The notes: generated by a model from the sequence alone, not told the origin. A stretch of 64,000 nt of DNA from Octopus sinensis (GCF_006345805.1 NC_042999.1:171616001-171680000), one strand, 5' to 3'. Positions 1-13,739 are shown, counted from the first letter of the stretch. Numbers and translations: made by a program.

Positions 1-51
<51 letters not shown>

Positions 52-112
52 CATCCATATATATAAATACAGATGCATATATATTTATAAACACGTGTAT
101 GCTTACATACCT

Positions 113-150
<38 letters not shown>

Positions 151-477
151 GTACATATATATTTACCTACTCATACACATGCACATATGCTACCGTATAC
201 ACACACAGATTTACATACACGTACGCACGCACACATATGTATGTTTGTATGTGTGTATCAGGTATCGCTTTTACTTAAAAGGATCACAATAACATGCTGA
301 ATAGCAACAGTCATACCGTAATATGCTTAAATGAACAACATGATATGTTATGACACAGCTAATATCCGGATGTATAAATTCTTATTATTGTTTTCTGTTT
401 TCATTTTTAGACTTATAGAAGATAGACAATATTATGTGCCTCATGTTCCGTAGTTAAAGTTTATGAGTCTCTTCTAT

Positions 478-572
<95 letters not shown>

Positions 573-682
573 TGTGTTAGATTTACCCTGTGCTTCCCAG
601 TAGTAGTATTATACGTACTTTCAGGCTTGCGTTTTGGTATCTGTCGTGTGGGAATAGATAACCGAAGAAATAGGTGTCAACA

Positions 683-1778
683 TAATTGAGTATGGTTGGA
701 TATTTATTTTAAAACCACTAAAATTGTTTCCACACAACGTAGTTCTCCCATCGTGCAGATACTTGATTATGCAACTGTTTCCCTGCATTATGAGATGTAG
801 TTGTGTTTCCTCAGGCGATAAACAATTATTCAAATAAAAACTCATAAAGAATCAAGAAAACAGGCTATAAAACCAAGAGCACTGCAGACACTGCTAATCA
901 ACGAGAACATAACAAAAACAAAAGTTACCAAAAAAATACAAAAATACTAATAGGGAAAATAATGGCAGCTGTCGCAAGAAATCTGCATGTCCTCTCAGGA
1001 ATCGATGCATGCAAAAATATCATATAAAAATGCACATGCCGCAATATAAATACGCATATATAGGATCCTCAGAAAACCTGTTTACGTTCCGATATCGCAA
1101 ACCTATCTCCACATTCCAGAAGATAAGCCGGCGACACGCGACATCACTAGCGGACCCTGTGGGGAGATTCAAATAAGTGAAAATGAAATACGAAGTAGAA
1201 TGGTCACTAACAAAAAAGTGCTCACCCATATAACACATCCACCGTATGTTACTTGCGCCTTGGGGAAGCCTTGTGTATCCTCTTAAGTAACGAAAACTTG
1301 GTGAGCAAGTATGATAAGAAAATACCGAGATGTTGCCACCGTGCCAAATATTCATTTTCAAGATTCTGCACAGAGAAATAGTAATAATAAATTACCTAAA
1401 TAAGTATGTGTGTATGTGTGTGTGTACACATGAGCATCTGTGTATGCATATGAATGCGCGTCTATGTATGTACATATATTCTATGTGGATATATGTGAGT
1501 GCGCGTTATATCCGTATATATGTGCGTCAGTGTATATGCTATAATATATATATACATACAGAATTGGTATGTATATATATATATACATATATACACGCAT
1601 ACATGTACGGAGATTTTGATCTTACGGAGACAATATTTACATATCGCCTGAGGAAACGCAATTACATCTCGTCATGCAGGGAAACTTGCATAATCAAGTA
1701 CCTACACGCTAAAATATCTACGTTGTGTGGAAACAATTGCAGTCATTAAAATATAAATACCCAACCTTACTCAGTTAT
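683..1778 (+). mobile_element. Penelope-like element 3' remnant (Cys linker + GIY-YIG endonuclease) between inverted pLTR-like repeats
   Basis: ~960-1375 translates across stops/frameshifts as GSCRKKSACPLRNRC..YAYIGSSENLFTFRYRK..YEVEWSL..PYNTSTVCYLRLGEALCILLSNENLVSKYDKKIPRCCHRAKY, matching PLE linker/GIY-YIG C-termini. 683-820 is the diverged reverse complement of 1642-1778. Confidence 0.75.
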
Positions 1779-1974
1779 ACACACACCACAGACACACACA
1801 CACATACACATACACACACATATATGTAGGTATAACTCAGAATTAGTTTCGACGTTTTAGATTTACCAGAGGTGTTTTGGCAAAAACAATAAAACTTTTT
1901 CTTAATTAGCTACAGCCCTCCTCAAGGTTCCTGTATTTGTCTATGTCAAAAATATTCAATATAAGAACGTTGCA

Positions 1975-2115
1975 AAATGCTTAGTAGTATTTTGTCCGCC
2001 TTACTTTCTGAGTTCAAATACCGCTGAGCTTCACATTGCCTTTCATTGTTTCAGGGTAAGTTGAGCAATCTTTCACTTGTTTCCTGGTGTCGACAAAATA
2101 TGTACTAGTCAAATA
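1975..2115 (+). mobile_element. tRNA-derived SINE fragment (family A)
   Basis: aaatgcttag..ttctgagttcaaat..gcctttcat core shared with the copies at 9565, 23735, 39005 and 56265. Confidence 0.6.
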
Positions 2116-3237
2116 ATTTAGCCGTTAGAAAGGAGCGTACAAAAGAAATATTAACGTATTTTAGGATTTTCGTTATATGCATTTTTTCTTTACCGAAATT
2201 TCATCTCTACCAAAAATTAACTGACAAGTTTCATACAACAGTCTGTAGAATCCATCATAGCCTCTCTAAACGCGTGAGTTTGCGTCGTTAAAATTCATCA
2301 GCTACTTACATTGTCGTTCATAGGTCACCCACTAAGAGAAGCCATTCGTACAGATTAGCACACTCTCTAAAATGTTGCATCTGCGTCGTATCTTTCAAAC
2401 GGTCACTCATACACCACAAAATAATACCTAACGTTTTTATATATAAATATGAAATAATAAATCGACTGGAATGTGAAAAGTTTGAATATGTTCGGCTTGA
2501 TTAATTAATTAAATTGACATTGAATTGTGAAGATCAAATCGTATCTGGGTATATTTATATTTAGCAGAATCGGGTACGTTCAAAAGCTACAATAACTCAC
2601 ACGAAAAAGAGTCTCACCTTAAACATAATTTGTTTAACAATGCAGTGAGATGGACAAATGGCAGCGTTATGTGTATATATAATGGACTATCCTTTGGGGT
2701 AATGAAGCAGCGTCGTAATATGCATGAGGGACGAGAGGCGTAAGTGAAATATCATATTGACTATGGGAGCGACATCTTGTGTAAGTTGAAAGTACCATCC
2801 TCAAATTAAAATTATCAGAGATGATTGAAGACAGATGATCTTGGGACACAGGGAGAATGCATATTTATTCTAAACACAACACTTAAGAGCATGTTAGGCT
2901 TATAAACGTCCTGGTAATCATAATTCTTATATTTTCATAGCTTCTTTCCACGGACTAAGGCTCAATATAACTCACTTGAATCATTTTATTTCATTCTTGT
3001 CCACGATTTTCATCACGTTAAACTTGCTGTCTATCAATAACTTTTGTATTTGTGGGGAATTTGTTTTCGTTATTTGTGTCCATTATGCTGCACTGGCCTG
3101 AAGCCTTGCTTGCGATGTAATTATTAAAAACGTAAATTGTTCTCATGAATTAATTCAGTATTTCTTCGCCAAGTAATTGTTTAGATATATAAGCGATAAA
3201 TATTTACAGTCATGTATGCATGTGTATATCTATAATT

Positions 3238-3402
3238 GCAAAAGTTAAACATATAATAATAAAAATAACAATAATAATAACGATGACAACAACAACAGCA
3301 ACAATAATAATAATAATAATAATAATAACAATAATAATAATAATGATAATGATAATAATAATAATAACAACAACAATAATAATGATGATAATAAAAATAA
3401 TA

Positions 3403-3434
<32 letters not shown>

Positions 3435-3452
3435 AATTATGATGATGATGAT
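3238..3452. repeat. Compound (AAT)/(GAT)/(AAC) trinucleotide tract
   Basis: Visible directly; source of poly-I/M ORFs. Confidence 0.9.
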
Positions 3453-3477
3453 AGACTTGATGCAGTACTTGACAGTG

Positions 3478-3994
3478 TCTCTCATGGATTCTGATCTTAA
3501 CTGATTGGAAGTGTTACCATGTAGATTGTTTCGTCGTGGTATAAATGATGGAGTACAGCAAATATTCTGCTCAATACTACATATTTGCCTGTCAGTTGTT
3601 TGACCATAACCAGTTGGGCATGTCCTTTAGTGGCTGACAATAAGTGCATCGCTGATCACGAGCAGTATTGGGGGAGCATTATAGCCATGTCTTGGGAGGA
3701 ATTCTTTGGAGTTTAGATAATTCACCCCTGCAAACATGGGTGTTTTGTCCAAGATCCTTAAACACCATTTATTAAGGGAACTTTTGAGCGGGATGGGCTA
3801 CTCGACCTGGAGAAAATTCTAAATGGGCCCCCGCCTGGAAGGTGATGCGCTGTTAATCTTGATATGAGGTCAACATGTCATAAGCATATAGTTGTGTCTG
3901 ATGTACTCTTATCAGACAGGGAGTCATGACAGTTATACTGGGCTTTATACATTTTATCCTAGTGTCACTTTGATAGCTTGCACTGCTCTCTCAC

Positions 3995-3995
<1 letters not shown>
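3478..3995 (+). mobile_element. ~500-bp non-coding retroposon with (AAT)n tail (family C), near full length
   Basis: Homologous to 11150-11505, 27073-27420 and 42050-42545; ends ...ctgctctctcact followed by (AAT)n. Confidence 0.75.
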
Positions 3996-4063
<68 letters not shown>

Positions 4064-4064
4064 C

Positions 4065-4138
<74 letters not shown>

Positions 4139-4143
4139 GTAAT
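3996..4143. repeat. (AAT)n microsatellite
   Basis: Visible directly. Confidence 0.95.
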
Positions 4144-4144
4144 A

Positions 4145-4490
4145 AAGGCGGTTACAATACCAGTGATCGTAGGAGTACTAGAAATGATCAAGAAGGGAAC
4201 CGAAAATTATATGAGAAAGATCCCTGGCTTACCATCCCTGCAAGAAGTGCAAAAGATTGACTTAACTAGTACATCACACGTATTGAGAAGTGCATTGTCG
4301 ATGTGAGAACTATTACTACCCATGTATTTTAATTTAACTTTAAGAAAAAAAGAACGAACTAGTGAGTTTAGTTTAATGGCCTACCAATGTATACTATGAG
4401 TTTCTTTGCCCTAGGAGTCGGGAAGACACTCGGCAAGAAATGGAAGCAAATTTGAAAGAAGAAGAAAAAAAGATAATAATAATAATAATA
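4145..4490 (+). mobile_element. R4/Dong-like RLE LINE, extreme 3' end
   Basis: VTIPVIVGVLEMIKKGTENYMRKIPGLPSLQEVQKIDLTSTSHVLRSALSM* is the typical RLE C-terminus; followed by a 3' UTR and (AAT)n. Confidence 0.7.
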
Positions 4491-5414
4491 CAATTCACCG
4501 AGGCAGTACCAGGCAATGGCTCTCATGGTTTTTGATCTCATTGGAAGTGTTATCATGTACATTGTTTTCGTCTTGGTACGCACGCGCACACACATATTTA
4601 CATAATATTTGGACATATACATTTGGTCTTATGGTTATATGTGGTTGTGTATCGGTCTTTCTGCCTCTGTGACCATGTGCACTATGTTGTGTGTGCGCGC
4701 GCAGTTAAGTGAGTACAATCTACCGCTTATTGCATTTCGTTTCTTTATAAGTGTGCCTACATATTATAAGTATTTATTTCGAACAAAGTGATTACCATGC
4801 ATTAATACAATTCATATTTGTAAAGTAATTGAAGATTTAAATTTTAATGATGAGTTTTGTCTCATCATTATATGATGCCTAATTGGAAAGCGATTCGAGT
4901 TTTGTTTTACTTTTACTTATTAGTAAATACTCGGTGTATCGGTGCTATTTTTAGCATAGACTGTACACAAATTAAGACAATTATTTGACACTGTGCACCA
5001 ATGCAGAATGAGAAGATGAAAATTGTATTATGCATAGATTTTTGTATCCTTATTGGTTGGCTCTAAATTAGATTTCAGTCGCTAATTCTTTTAACCTTTT
5101 CATTAAATACCTTACAGAGAACAATATATTCGTTGTAATCGCAAGACAATTATTCTTATAAGTACTATAGTAACAGGCCTCCATAAATCACTTTTGCATT
5201 TTATTTCTAATAGTAAATATAAAATTCCATGGAATAATGTGAATTATAGAAAACTATCAAACGCATTTTTGGCGTAGATATTTCAACTGTTTCCATTACA
5301 TTTGGGTATCTTTAGCATACGGCATATGGAAATACAATTATCAGTTGCAAATTTGAATATATTTTTGTTTATATAAATAGGTAGCTAAGGCGGCGAGCTA
5401 GCAGAATGCTATGG

Positions 5415-6200
5415 GTTATCCTTCCGACGGATTTCATTATGTGTCCTAGCTACAACATCATGTCTCATCGGACATGTTCGGACAACTGGTTATGGTTTGG
5501 GTGATATCTTCGGTGTTAACTCCGTCGGTTGTCCCATTTTCCCGCTTTTCCTGCATCTCTGCGCAACAGGTATTTGATTGACATTTCCTCTTTCTTGATT
5601 GCAAACGCATAATCTTCAAAGTGGAAGGTAATAATACGGCTATCGGTCAATCTTAGACTGCTTTGATGATCAATATCCTCTCTGGGATGTCTACTAACAT
5701 ATCAATGCATGATGATATGTTGTGGTAGAATTGTGTGATTTCTTTGAGCATGTATTCTAGGTTATCAGACAAGGAATGTTTGTCCAGGAGTTGCCTTCCA
5801 AGTCTTATGATGTTATCAGCCTTATGTATGCAGACATGGTCAAGGAGTGTACTTTGACACTTGGTGGTTAAAAGATGTTACCGAAGGGATATGATACGAC
5901 ATTCAAAGGCATTTTGGATCGATGTAAAGCCTCTGCCGCTTTATTTTCGTTTTAGGTATTGGCAGGCTACATCACTGTTTATGTGGAAATCGTGTGTTAG
6001 TATTTTTCAGACTTTCACATCAATGGCTCGGATCTCAGCAAGCGACAAATCATACAGCAAAGGTGTGTATGAAATATTTGCACTTCCGACACAGTGTGGG
6101 CCACTGTTTTATTCAGGACGGATTCCAGAAGTAATAGGAACACTATATTATTGCGTAATGTGACTATTTGGAAGCAGATGCTGTTAAAACTTATGTAAAT
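5415..6200 (-). mobile_element. Degraded R4/Dong-like LINE fragment (post-RT region)
   Basis: Minus strand YDLSLAEIRAIDVKV*KILTHDFHINSDVACQYLKRK*SGRGF aligns by eye to WTLNELTKIDRKTRKILT..HHPKSDIERLYIQRIEGGRGL of the 22-24 kb copies. Confidence 0.6.
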
Positions 6201-7718
6201 AAGTTGATTTTTTCTTATTAAATTTGTCTCAGAACATTTTGATGGCACCTTGTATTTCATACGTCTGAGTATCTGTCCCAATAATTTACATAGAATTATA
6301 TTTAATGAAGGCAATGATATGTTAATATATAAGATATCACGCATTCTGTCGCAGGTTAAGTGACGTTAACGACCTGAATTACATTCTCAGATATCTACAT
6401 ACATTGTATAAGTTTCGAGTTACAAATTCCAAGATTACAGGAATGATGCATATACATGAATATATACATGTACACTCATATATGCCTATGCATATATATA
6501 TACTAGCATTAAAGACCTGTCGTTGCCGGGTCATAGTGCTAGTGCATGTATATATGTGTATATATATATGTGTACATATTACATGTACATCTATATATAT
6601 ACATCTACACATAAAATACAAAATACAAAGTTATATCTTGATATCGCTAGTGATAACAATACTCAAAATATACAACAGACTGGAATTGTTAGCCCGTCTC
6701 TTGTAATTTCGATCAATTGTATCTTGCCCCCCCCTCTTGTATAGAAGTGTGGCTACAATCCAGCCTACCTATACTTCTGGGGCGTGGGGGGTACATTTAA
6801 CATGTTTTTTCCGGTACGTCCTACGTCCCAGATATAAAGGTAAAAATAAAATATTTCCACTTTGTAAGTTCGAGTCGAGTACACCCTTGCACGCTCCGTT
6901 GACTCGAACCTTCCTTCTATTGTGGCGAATTTACCGCCTCTGATTAGATACCTTTCATAGTCGCACCAAGACACTTTTCGAAGGAGCTTTCTTCCATGTG
7001 TTCAAATCTTTTTTCTCTACATTGTATACTTTATAGACAATAGTCTTTTCTTTAATTTAATTTTTTATTATCCATCTGGACTATTCTATTTCTGCACACT
7101 AATTTTATTTTTTAATGTATTCCCATTCATGTGAAACCACTTATTCAAGTTCAAGTCATTGATGCAATTTTATACCAATTGCTATTTTTACTTTTGTTAT
7201 GTTACGATTATATTATACTTTAGTTTGATTTTAATTATTACTTACTACATATAATTCAATTGTTATTATTATTTTTATTGTCAAAATGAAAGTATCTGAC
7301 ATAAAATAGAGAAACGTTTTTGTTTCACTTTTAACACGTAATACTGAAATAGTGGAGAAGATATGATATTGCTATGGGCTCGCTCTAGGAAAGAAGTTGA
7401 ACTTTTTTTTGCTGATGACACTCCCCGTACCCTAAGTAAGGCATGTGTAAAATTTGAATGAAATTGGTTGTGTAGTTGTCAAGTTTTAGGGAAACATACA
7501 GACAGACACATTCTCATTCTGTTCAATCTGCGTTCAGCTCCATTTCTTCAATTCACCAATAATATTTTAATTTCAATTATCCGCACCAACGCACGGTTGC
7601 AACAACACCATATGGTTGTACCTCCAATCGTGCTGTTTACTGCTGTGATTTTTGCTACTAAGGTATCGGTTAAACTTTTGATTAATCTACTACAAGATTA
7701 TTCATCTTTCTATTTCAC

Positions 7719-7875
<157 letters not shown>

Positions 7876-7930
7876 ATAAGAAATATTGAGTTTCTAAATC
7901 TCTCGTAGAGAGGTGTACGGTGGTGGAGCG

Positions 7931-8277
7931 ATATAATGGTTGTATACTGTCAATCTAACAAGAACGTGAGAGTAGGGGGTACACCACCGTTATATAGCCC
8001 TAGGAGGCATCGAACGCCTCCTGACAGCTTCGACACATTTTATCCTGTGTCCTTATATACACATACGAAGGGGAGACAAACACCCCCAACCGCCGGAACT
8101 AGATGCATCTAGATGCAGTTCCGGCGGTTGGGGGTGTTTGTCTCCCCTTTATGTGTATATAACGACACAGGATAAAATGTTTCGAAGCTGTCAGGAGGCG
8201 TTCGATGCCTCCTAGGGCTATATAACGGTGGTGTACCCCCTACTGTCACGTTCTTGTTAGATTGACAGTATACAACC

Positions 8278-8284
<7 letters not shown>
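7931..8284. mobile_element. ~350-bp near-perfect palindrome (fold-back/MITE-like element)
   Basis: 7931-8100 is the reverse complement of 8117-8284 with few mismatches; right end abuts (TA)n. Confidence 0.85.
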
Positions 8285-8310
<26 letters not shown>

Positions 8311-8317
<7 letters not shown>

Positions 8318-8707
8318 ATAGAGGGCATTATTACACATAAATGCCTCATACTAAGAGGGACATAAGCCATTACTACCAAAATTTCACCAATCGTACCTAA
8401 TGCAGTTTTCAAAGCAGGACATTTAAAAAAATGAATTTAGTTCTATATCACCTGTGATTTCACACTTAACGCATCAAATGTTCATCAGTAGAACTGATTC
8501 TGAACACATCATAAATAAACGATCAATATACCTGGCGAAGTTGAACAGACATCTGCTCTCTCCGGCGAAGCACATGGAAATGTTTATAAATCATATATTC
8601 GGTAAATTATTTTCGAATTTTTTTCTCTTATGAGGTTTTTCATGCTAACTACCTGATTATTTCTTGTTAAGATTCCTTATTAAGAAGTTATCCTTAATTG
8701 TTAAATT

Positions 8708-8708
<1 letters not shown>
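8311..8708 (-). mobile_element. Hammerhead-bearing non-coding repeat, copy A
   Basis: 8311-8545 (minus) aligns to 32765-33005 (plus); 8615-8708 (plus) aligns to 33038-33113 (plus). Confidence 0.75.
8433..8500 (-). ncRNA. Type I hammerhead ribozyme, intact core
   Basis: GAAU-CA-GUUCUA CUGAUGA ACAUUUGA(UGCG)UUAAGUGU GAAA UCAC(AG)GUGA UA^UAGAAC-UAA-AUUC. Core CUGAUGA/GAAA/UH is complete and all three stems pair; predicted cut between 8446 and 8445. Confidence 0.85.
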
Positions 8709-8757
<49 letters not shown>

Positions 8758-8791
8758 ATTATATATATATATATATAGATATATATATATA

Positions 8792-8837
<46 letters not shown>

Positions 8838-8886
8838 GTGTATATACATATATATATATGTATGTATGTATGTATGTATATATATA

Positions 8887-8927
<41 letters not shown>

Positions 8928-8931
<4 letters not shown>

Positions 8932-9173
8932 GTTGGTGCATAATTATTGCGGCTTTTTCAACAAATTTTATTCAACAAAATCAATAACAACATAAACAAA
9001 AACATCTTTAAATGATTATTCCGGAGCATCTTCACCATCTACTTCAATTACTGCTTCCCCTTTACTTGGCAGACGGTCAGACCGACATTTAAAGATGTTT
9101 TTGTTAAATATTGTTGGTCTTGTTGAATAACTTTTGTTGAGAAAAAAACTGCAATAACTATGCACCAACCCAA
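8928..9173. mobile_element. mariner-derived MITE (246 bp)
   Basis: TA|TTGGGTTGGTGCATAATTATTGC ... GCAATAACTATGCACCAACCCAA|TA; inverted arms ~87 bp; centre encodes a mariner C-terminal remnant (DRLPSKGEAVIEVDGEDAPE*) on minus. Confidence 0.85.
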
Positions 9174-9564
9174 TATATACAGAGTGTGTGTGTTCGTGCA
9201 TGTGTATGCGTGTGTGTGTATGCGTGTGTGCGTGCGGATGTGTGCGATTGCCTGTGCGCGCGCGTGTAACAAGGTTACCGTCTTACTAATTCTTGAACGA
9301 CAATTAAATTTCTTTGCTAAACTCGTCGCAAATTTCATTTTGGTAATAACGGAAAAGAATCAAATTGTGAACGTGATGGCGTCTTTCATGAGTATAAAAC
9401 CTCCCGTTTCTTCTTTAAAAGCTAGATTGAAATAGATAAATATATGGACATATATAGAGATGTAGGTATATACATGACATATTATACATGTTTTCTTGCC
9501 ACTTCTATGGTTATTGCTATAGAAAATTATATAGGTGAGATGCAGGTGAAACTAATTACTTTAT

Positions 9565-9756
9565 TCTAGCCGGGTGAAATGCTTAGCTCTATTTCGACCG
9601 TTTTTACGTTCTGAGTTCAAACACCACCGGATCCGACATTGCCTTTCATCCATTCGGTGTTGATACATTAAGTTAAGTACCAGTGAAACATTGATGTCAA
9701 TGTAATCGACTATTCCCCTCCCCTAAATTCCATGCCTCGTGCCTACAGTCGAAACG

Positions 9757-9765
<9 letters not shown>
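9565..9765 (+). mobile_element. tRNA-derived SINE (family A) with (ATT)n tail
   Basis: gaaatgcttagc..gttctgagttcaaa..gcctttcatcc..gtcaatgtaatcgact..cgaaacgattattatt. Confidence 0.75.
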
Positions 9766-9789
<24 letters not shown>

Positions 9790-9799
9790 GTTATTATTA

Positions 9800-10340
9800 T
9801 TTAAGACGTCGCACAATATCCAATATTGTGAGGTTGTTGGTTGAAGATTTTGTATCTAACGGGTGTTTGCACTGTCTGTCAAATCACATCAAGGACTTCA
9901 GACAGACAGTACTTTAGGCAATATGTGTGCTGTTCCAAGTAATGTCGAATTTTGCAATACATCTAGATTGTAGGGTATTTCTAAAGTTTCCAGATGTTTC
10001 TTCATGTTGGGTGACATACTCCGATGACAATAGGGGCAACCTTTATGCTTGATTCTCGTAGCTGCCACATCTTGCCGATCTCAATTCTCTGGTCCCTGTA
10101 TTTATCACTCTTTTCTTTCTTTCATAATATGTTGATCTCCTGGTACTGCCATGTCGATTATTATGCACTCTTGTTTTATCCCGCCTAAAGATTACTATAT
10201 TCGGCCTTCTTTTTTCCTTACTGATATGAACTATGATTTCTGGCAAATAACAAGCATAAAGATTTAGATGATTGAAGCAGACTAGATTGTTGTGTCTTAC
10301 CACAGGTTAAGCTTTAGCTTGCATAAAAATTATCTTTGTC
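9800..10340 (-). mobile_element. R4/Dong-like RLE LINE 3' fragment
   Basis: Minus strand reads as KPVVRHNNLVC-like PD-(D/E)xK region followed by PIVIGVC..KHLETLEIPYNLDVLQNSTLLGTAHI..KVL; 3' end abuts (ATT)n. Confidence 0.65.
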
Positions 10341-11149
10341 ATACATATCAGACAATATCAGACAATATGATGGTATCCTTGCGATACCGTACAAGTAGCT
10401 CCTTGCTCCAACAAGGCGACTAGGTTACCTTGCAACACCATGCACTTTAATGCGAGAGCGATACTGGAACAGCTCCGTGGATACACCCTTCGGCAGGTTG
10501 GGCTTAGTGGATAGAAGACGATGTACCTGAAGTCTGATGTTCCGTCTCTAACCTTTCGATCTGCCTGAAAAATTGTTGCTGAATTTCCCCGATGTGCTGA
10601 AGTGGACATGGGCGAGTTAAACTGAGTCTACCAGACTGCATCAATATAGAATATTTAATTTTCGGCAAGAAAACTGATAGTGTAGGTTGCCTGTATTCTA
10701 GATATATTGACTACACAGCCCAAAGAAGGTTGAAGTTAAATAGGCTTCATTTGGAAGGAAGCGAAGTAGAAGGATCTGTTTGCCCATTTCTTGATGTGCA
10801 AAGCTTACAGAGATCATACTAGCGAATTGGGTACGCGTGCGCTGACGGACGTCACCATCAAAAACAAATGATGGGTTATCAAAAAAAAAAAATGGATAAT
10901 CAAAACAGAAATAATAGATTTAGTTTGGGACAAGTAATAAATGGGAGGCATAGATAGAAATTCAAGACAGGTATCTAAGAATGTCATCACAACCAACGTA
11001 CTTCGGTGAGAAATGCATTTCACCAATTCTTCAATGCGAAGAATAGTCTGCGTTGCCATTGCAAAGATGCATGCCCTAAATACATGAAGGGGAAAAGGCC
11101 CTTGAATTGGCCCATGATACACTGGAGGAAAACGGCAAGAAATCAGCAG

Positions 11150-11505
11150 TTCAGTGTTTGATGGAACATTGTGAAAGTAGCATCATAGCCGTGTGTTGAA
11201 AGCAATTCTTAGAGGTTTGGATAATTCACCTCTGGAACATGGGTGGTTCGTTGAACATCCTTAAGCAATCCTTATTCAGGGACCTTTCGAACGGGATGGG
11301 CTACTCGACCTGAAGAAAATTCTAACTGAGCCCCACCTGCAAGGTCATGTGCTGTTTATCTTGATATGAGATCACCATGTTGCGCACATATGTTTGTGAT
11401 GCATATGCCTAGTGTACCCTTATTAGACCGGTAGTTATGATAGGTATACTGGGCTTCGTATATTTTACTTGTGTCACTTTGATGGCATGCCTGATCTCTC
11501 ACTCA
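11150..11505 (+). mobile_element. Family C retroposon, 5'-truncated, (AAT)n tail
   Basis: Aligns to 3660-3995; followed by (AAT)n 11505-11608. Confidence 0.8.
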
Positions 11506-11529
11506 ATAATAATAATAATAATAATAATG

Positions 11530-11608
<79 letters not shown>

Positions 11609-11984
11609 TTTACGCAAAAGACCAGCACTTTTAATTCAAAACCATCCCCACTTAGTGCTTAAATGGTATTTATTTACGACCCTGAAATGCTATAGAGCAA
11701 AGTTGATCCCTCTAGAATTTGAACTCAGAAGCTAAAGATCAGGAAGGAACACGCTAAACATTTTGTCCGATTTCACTATTGTTCGCTTATAGCCTTAACA
11801 CTTTTTGGCACAGGACTAGAATGTTTGAGCAGTGGAAGGGCTAAATTTAATTTTAAAATGTAGAGACGAAAGGAATGCCGTTAAACGTTACGCATGACGA
11901 GATAACAATTCTGCCAATTCCCTGCTCTCAGTGGCATCGATCTCAGTATTCCTCAAAACAAGAAGAAAAAGGAAGCCGGTGGAG

Positions 11985-12095
11985 GAGGAAGAAGAAGAAG
12001 AAGAAGAGAAGAAGAAGAAGAAGAAGAAGAAGAAGAAGAGAAGAAGAAGAAGAAGAAGAAGAAGAAGAAGAAGAAGAAGAAGATGAGGAAGAAGA
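11985..12095. repeat. (GAA)n polypurine tract
   Basis: Visible directly; generates poly-E/K/R ORFs. Confidence 0.9.
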
Positions 12096-12838
12096 ATCAC
12101 TGTTCCATTAAAAATATTCATTTTTGGTGCCAATTTCTATTCCGCACATCTTCCCATAATCGGTGAAAAAAAAAAACACCAAAAAGAACTCCTTAAATTT
12201 TGCTAGCTGTCATAGCAAGATAACATTTTTTATGTACTAATACGTGCTTATTACAGAAGTGCATTCTGTACAGGAGAGAACATATATTGGTTCTTATGAT
12301 ATTAGCACGGATGAGATAGAAGAAAGTAATCACAAGAGAGCTTGTATGTCTCCGTTTCAATCTAATTATCATATTTAATGTCTGTCAAAACAAGCCGGGT
12401 ACAATACTCGATAACTGTGAATGAAGTCATTCATATTTTGTTTAAAGGTGTAAGTTTTTATAAGTTTAAAAGAATCACGGAACACGCAGGCAAATACATA
12501 CATGCACACGCATACACGCGCGCCCATGTGAGTACTTGTAAACACATTAACACATTACTTTATATAGCGGCAGAAATGGTTTGCTGTCAGATTAAATTAA
12601 TTGCACCAAGAAATGTAAAAAAAAAAATATTCACAAGCACTTTGTGTGCATGTATGAATGTATGTGTATGTATGTCTATGTGTGTGTGAGTGTGTTTGTC
12701 TGTCTCCACGTATGAATGTATGTACAAAAGGAGAGATAAACAGTGATATTAATAATGTGCAGCAGGTAATTTGCTTTGAAAGGCACCCATCTCTGCAATA
12801 ATGTGTATAAGTGAACTTTCGTTCCATATATGCCTAAG

Positions 12839-12892
<54 letters not shown>

Positions 12893-12953
12893 GTATGTAT
12901 GTATGTATGTATGTATGTATGTATGTATGTACGTACGTACGTATGTATGTATA

Positions 12954-12989
<36 letters not shown>

Positions 12990-13739
12990 TGTATGTATGT
13001 ATGCATGTGTGTATATATGTGTGAATTATGTATATCTATATATATATATATATGTATGCATAAATACAAATGTATGTGTCTATATACATATACGTACATA
13101 TATGCATACTATCTACATGTATACACACACACACGGTAAAGGTTGCAAAATTATTTTAAACGCTCGACACTATATCTAGTAATATCATTTTGGGATCACA
13201 TCCGGCAGGGATAAATATATTTATTTTTCGCTCTGTGTGTTACGTGACGACTACCTGCCAGATATTATGGCGTCGAAATAACCCATTAGAAACATCTCAA
13301 ATTTTCATAAATTGAAACACAAAATTTGGCAGTATCGTCATTTTGTTATTTATACATTAGATATATTAGCTATATATAGTTGTACTTGAATCAATAATTT
13401 TTTTGTGAACTTTGAATCGCATTCTTATACAATATTTTTGCCATCCCTTCAACCTGCTTATGTTTTTTTTGTATACTGATTGGATGGACATTATTTTTTA
13501 ATAAATGATACATTAAAGAAATTATACATAAAATTTAGCTACACAGTTAGGTATGAAAATCATATGTTCATGGCATTACATGATTGACTGGAAAACATCG
13601 CAAAAAAATCTATGAAAAGTTGATATCATTTGAGATGTAAATATAGAAACTACATATTTTAAGCAAATGAAACTAAACATGCTTAATATTGAGCAGCATA
13701 TGGTTTATTCTTCCTAATTTCAGTGAGAATTTCAAAGGT

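Noticed and set aside
2290-2310. Minus-strand CTGATGA, also at ~42051, ~45094 and ~58410
   Set aside because: No compatible stems or GAAA; the 45094 hit is the RT YTDD codons.
7411-7470. CTGATGA motif with a possible CAC/GTG stem
   Set aside because: No GAAA or helix III follows; context looks like a Helentron/DINE-like fragment.
10360-11130. Possible Tx1-like or other LINE debris
   Set aside because: Similarity too weak to assign by eye.
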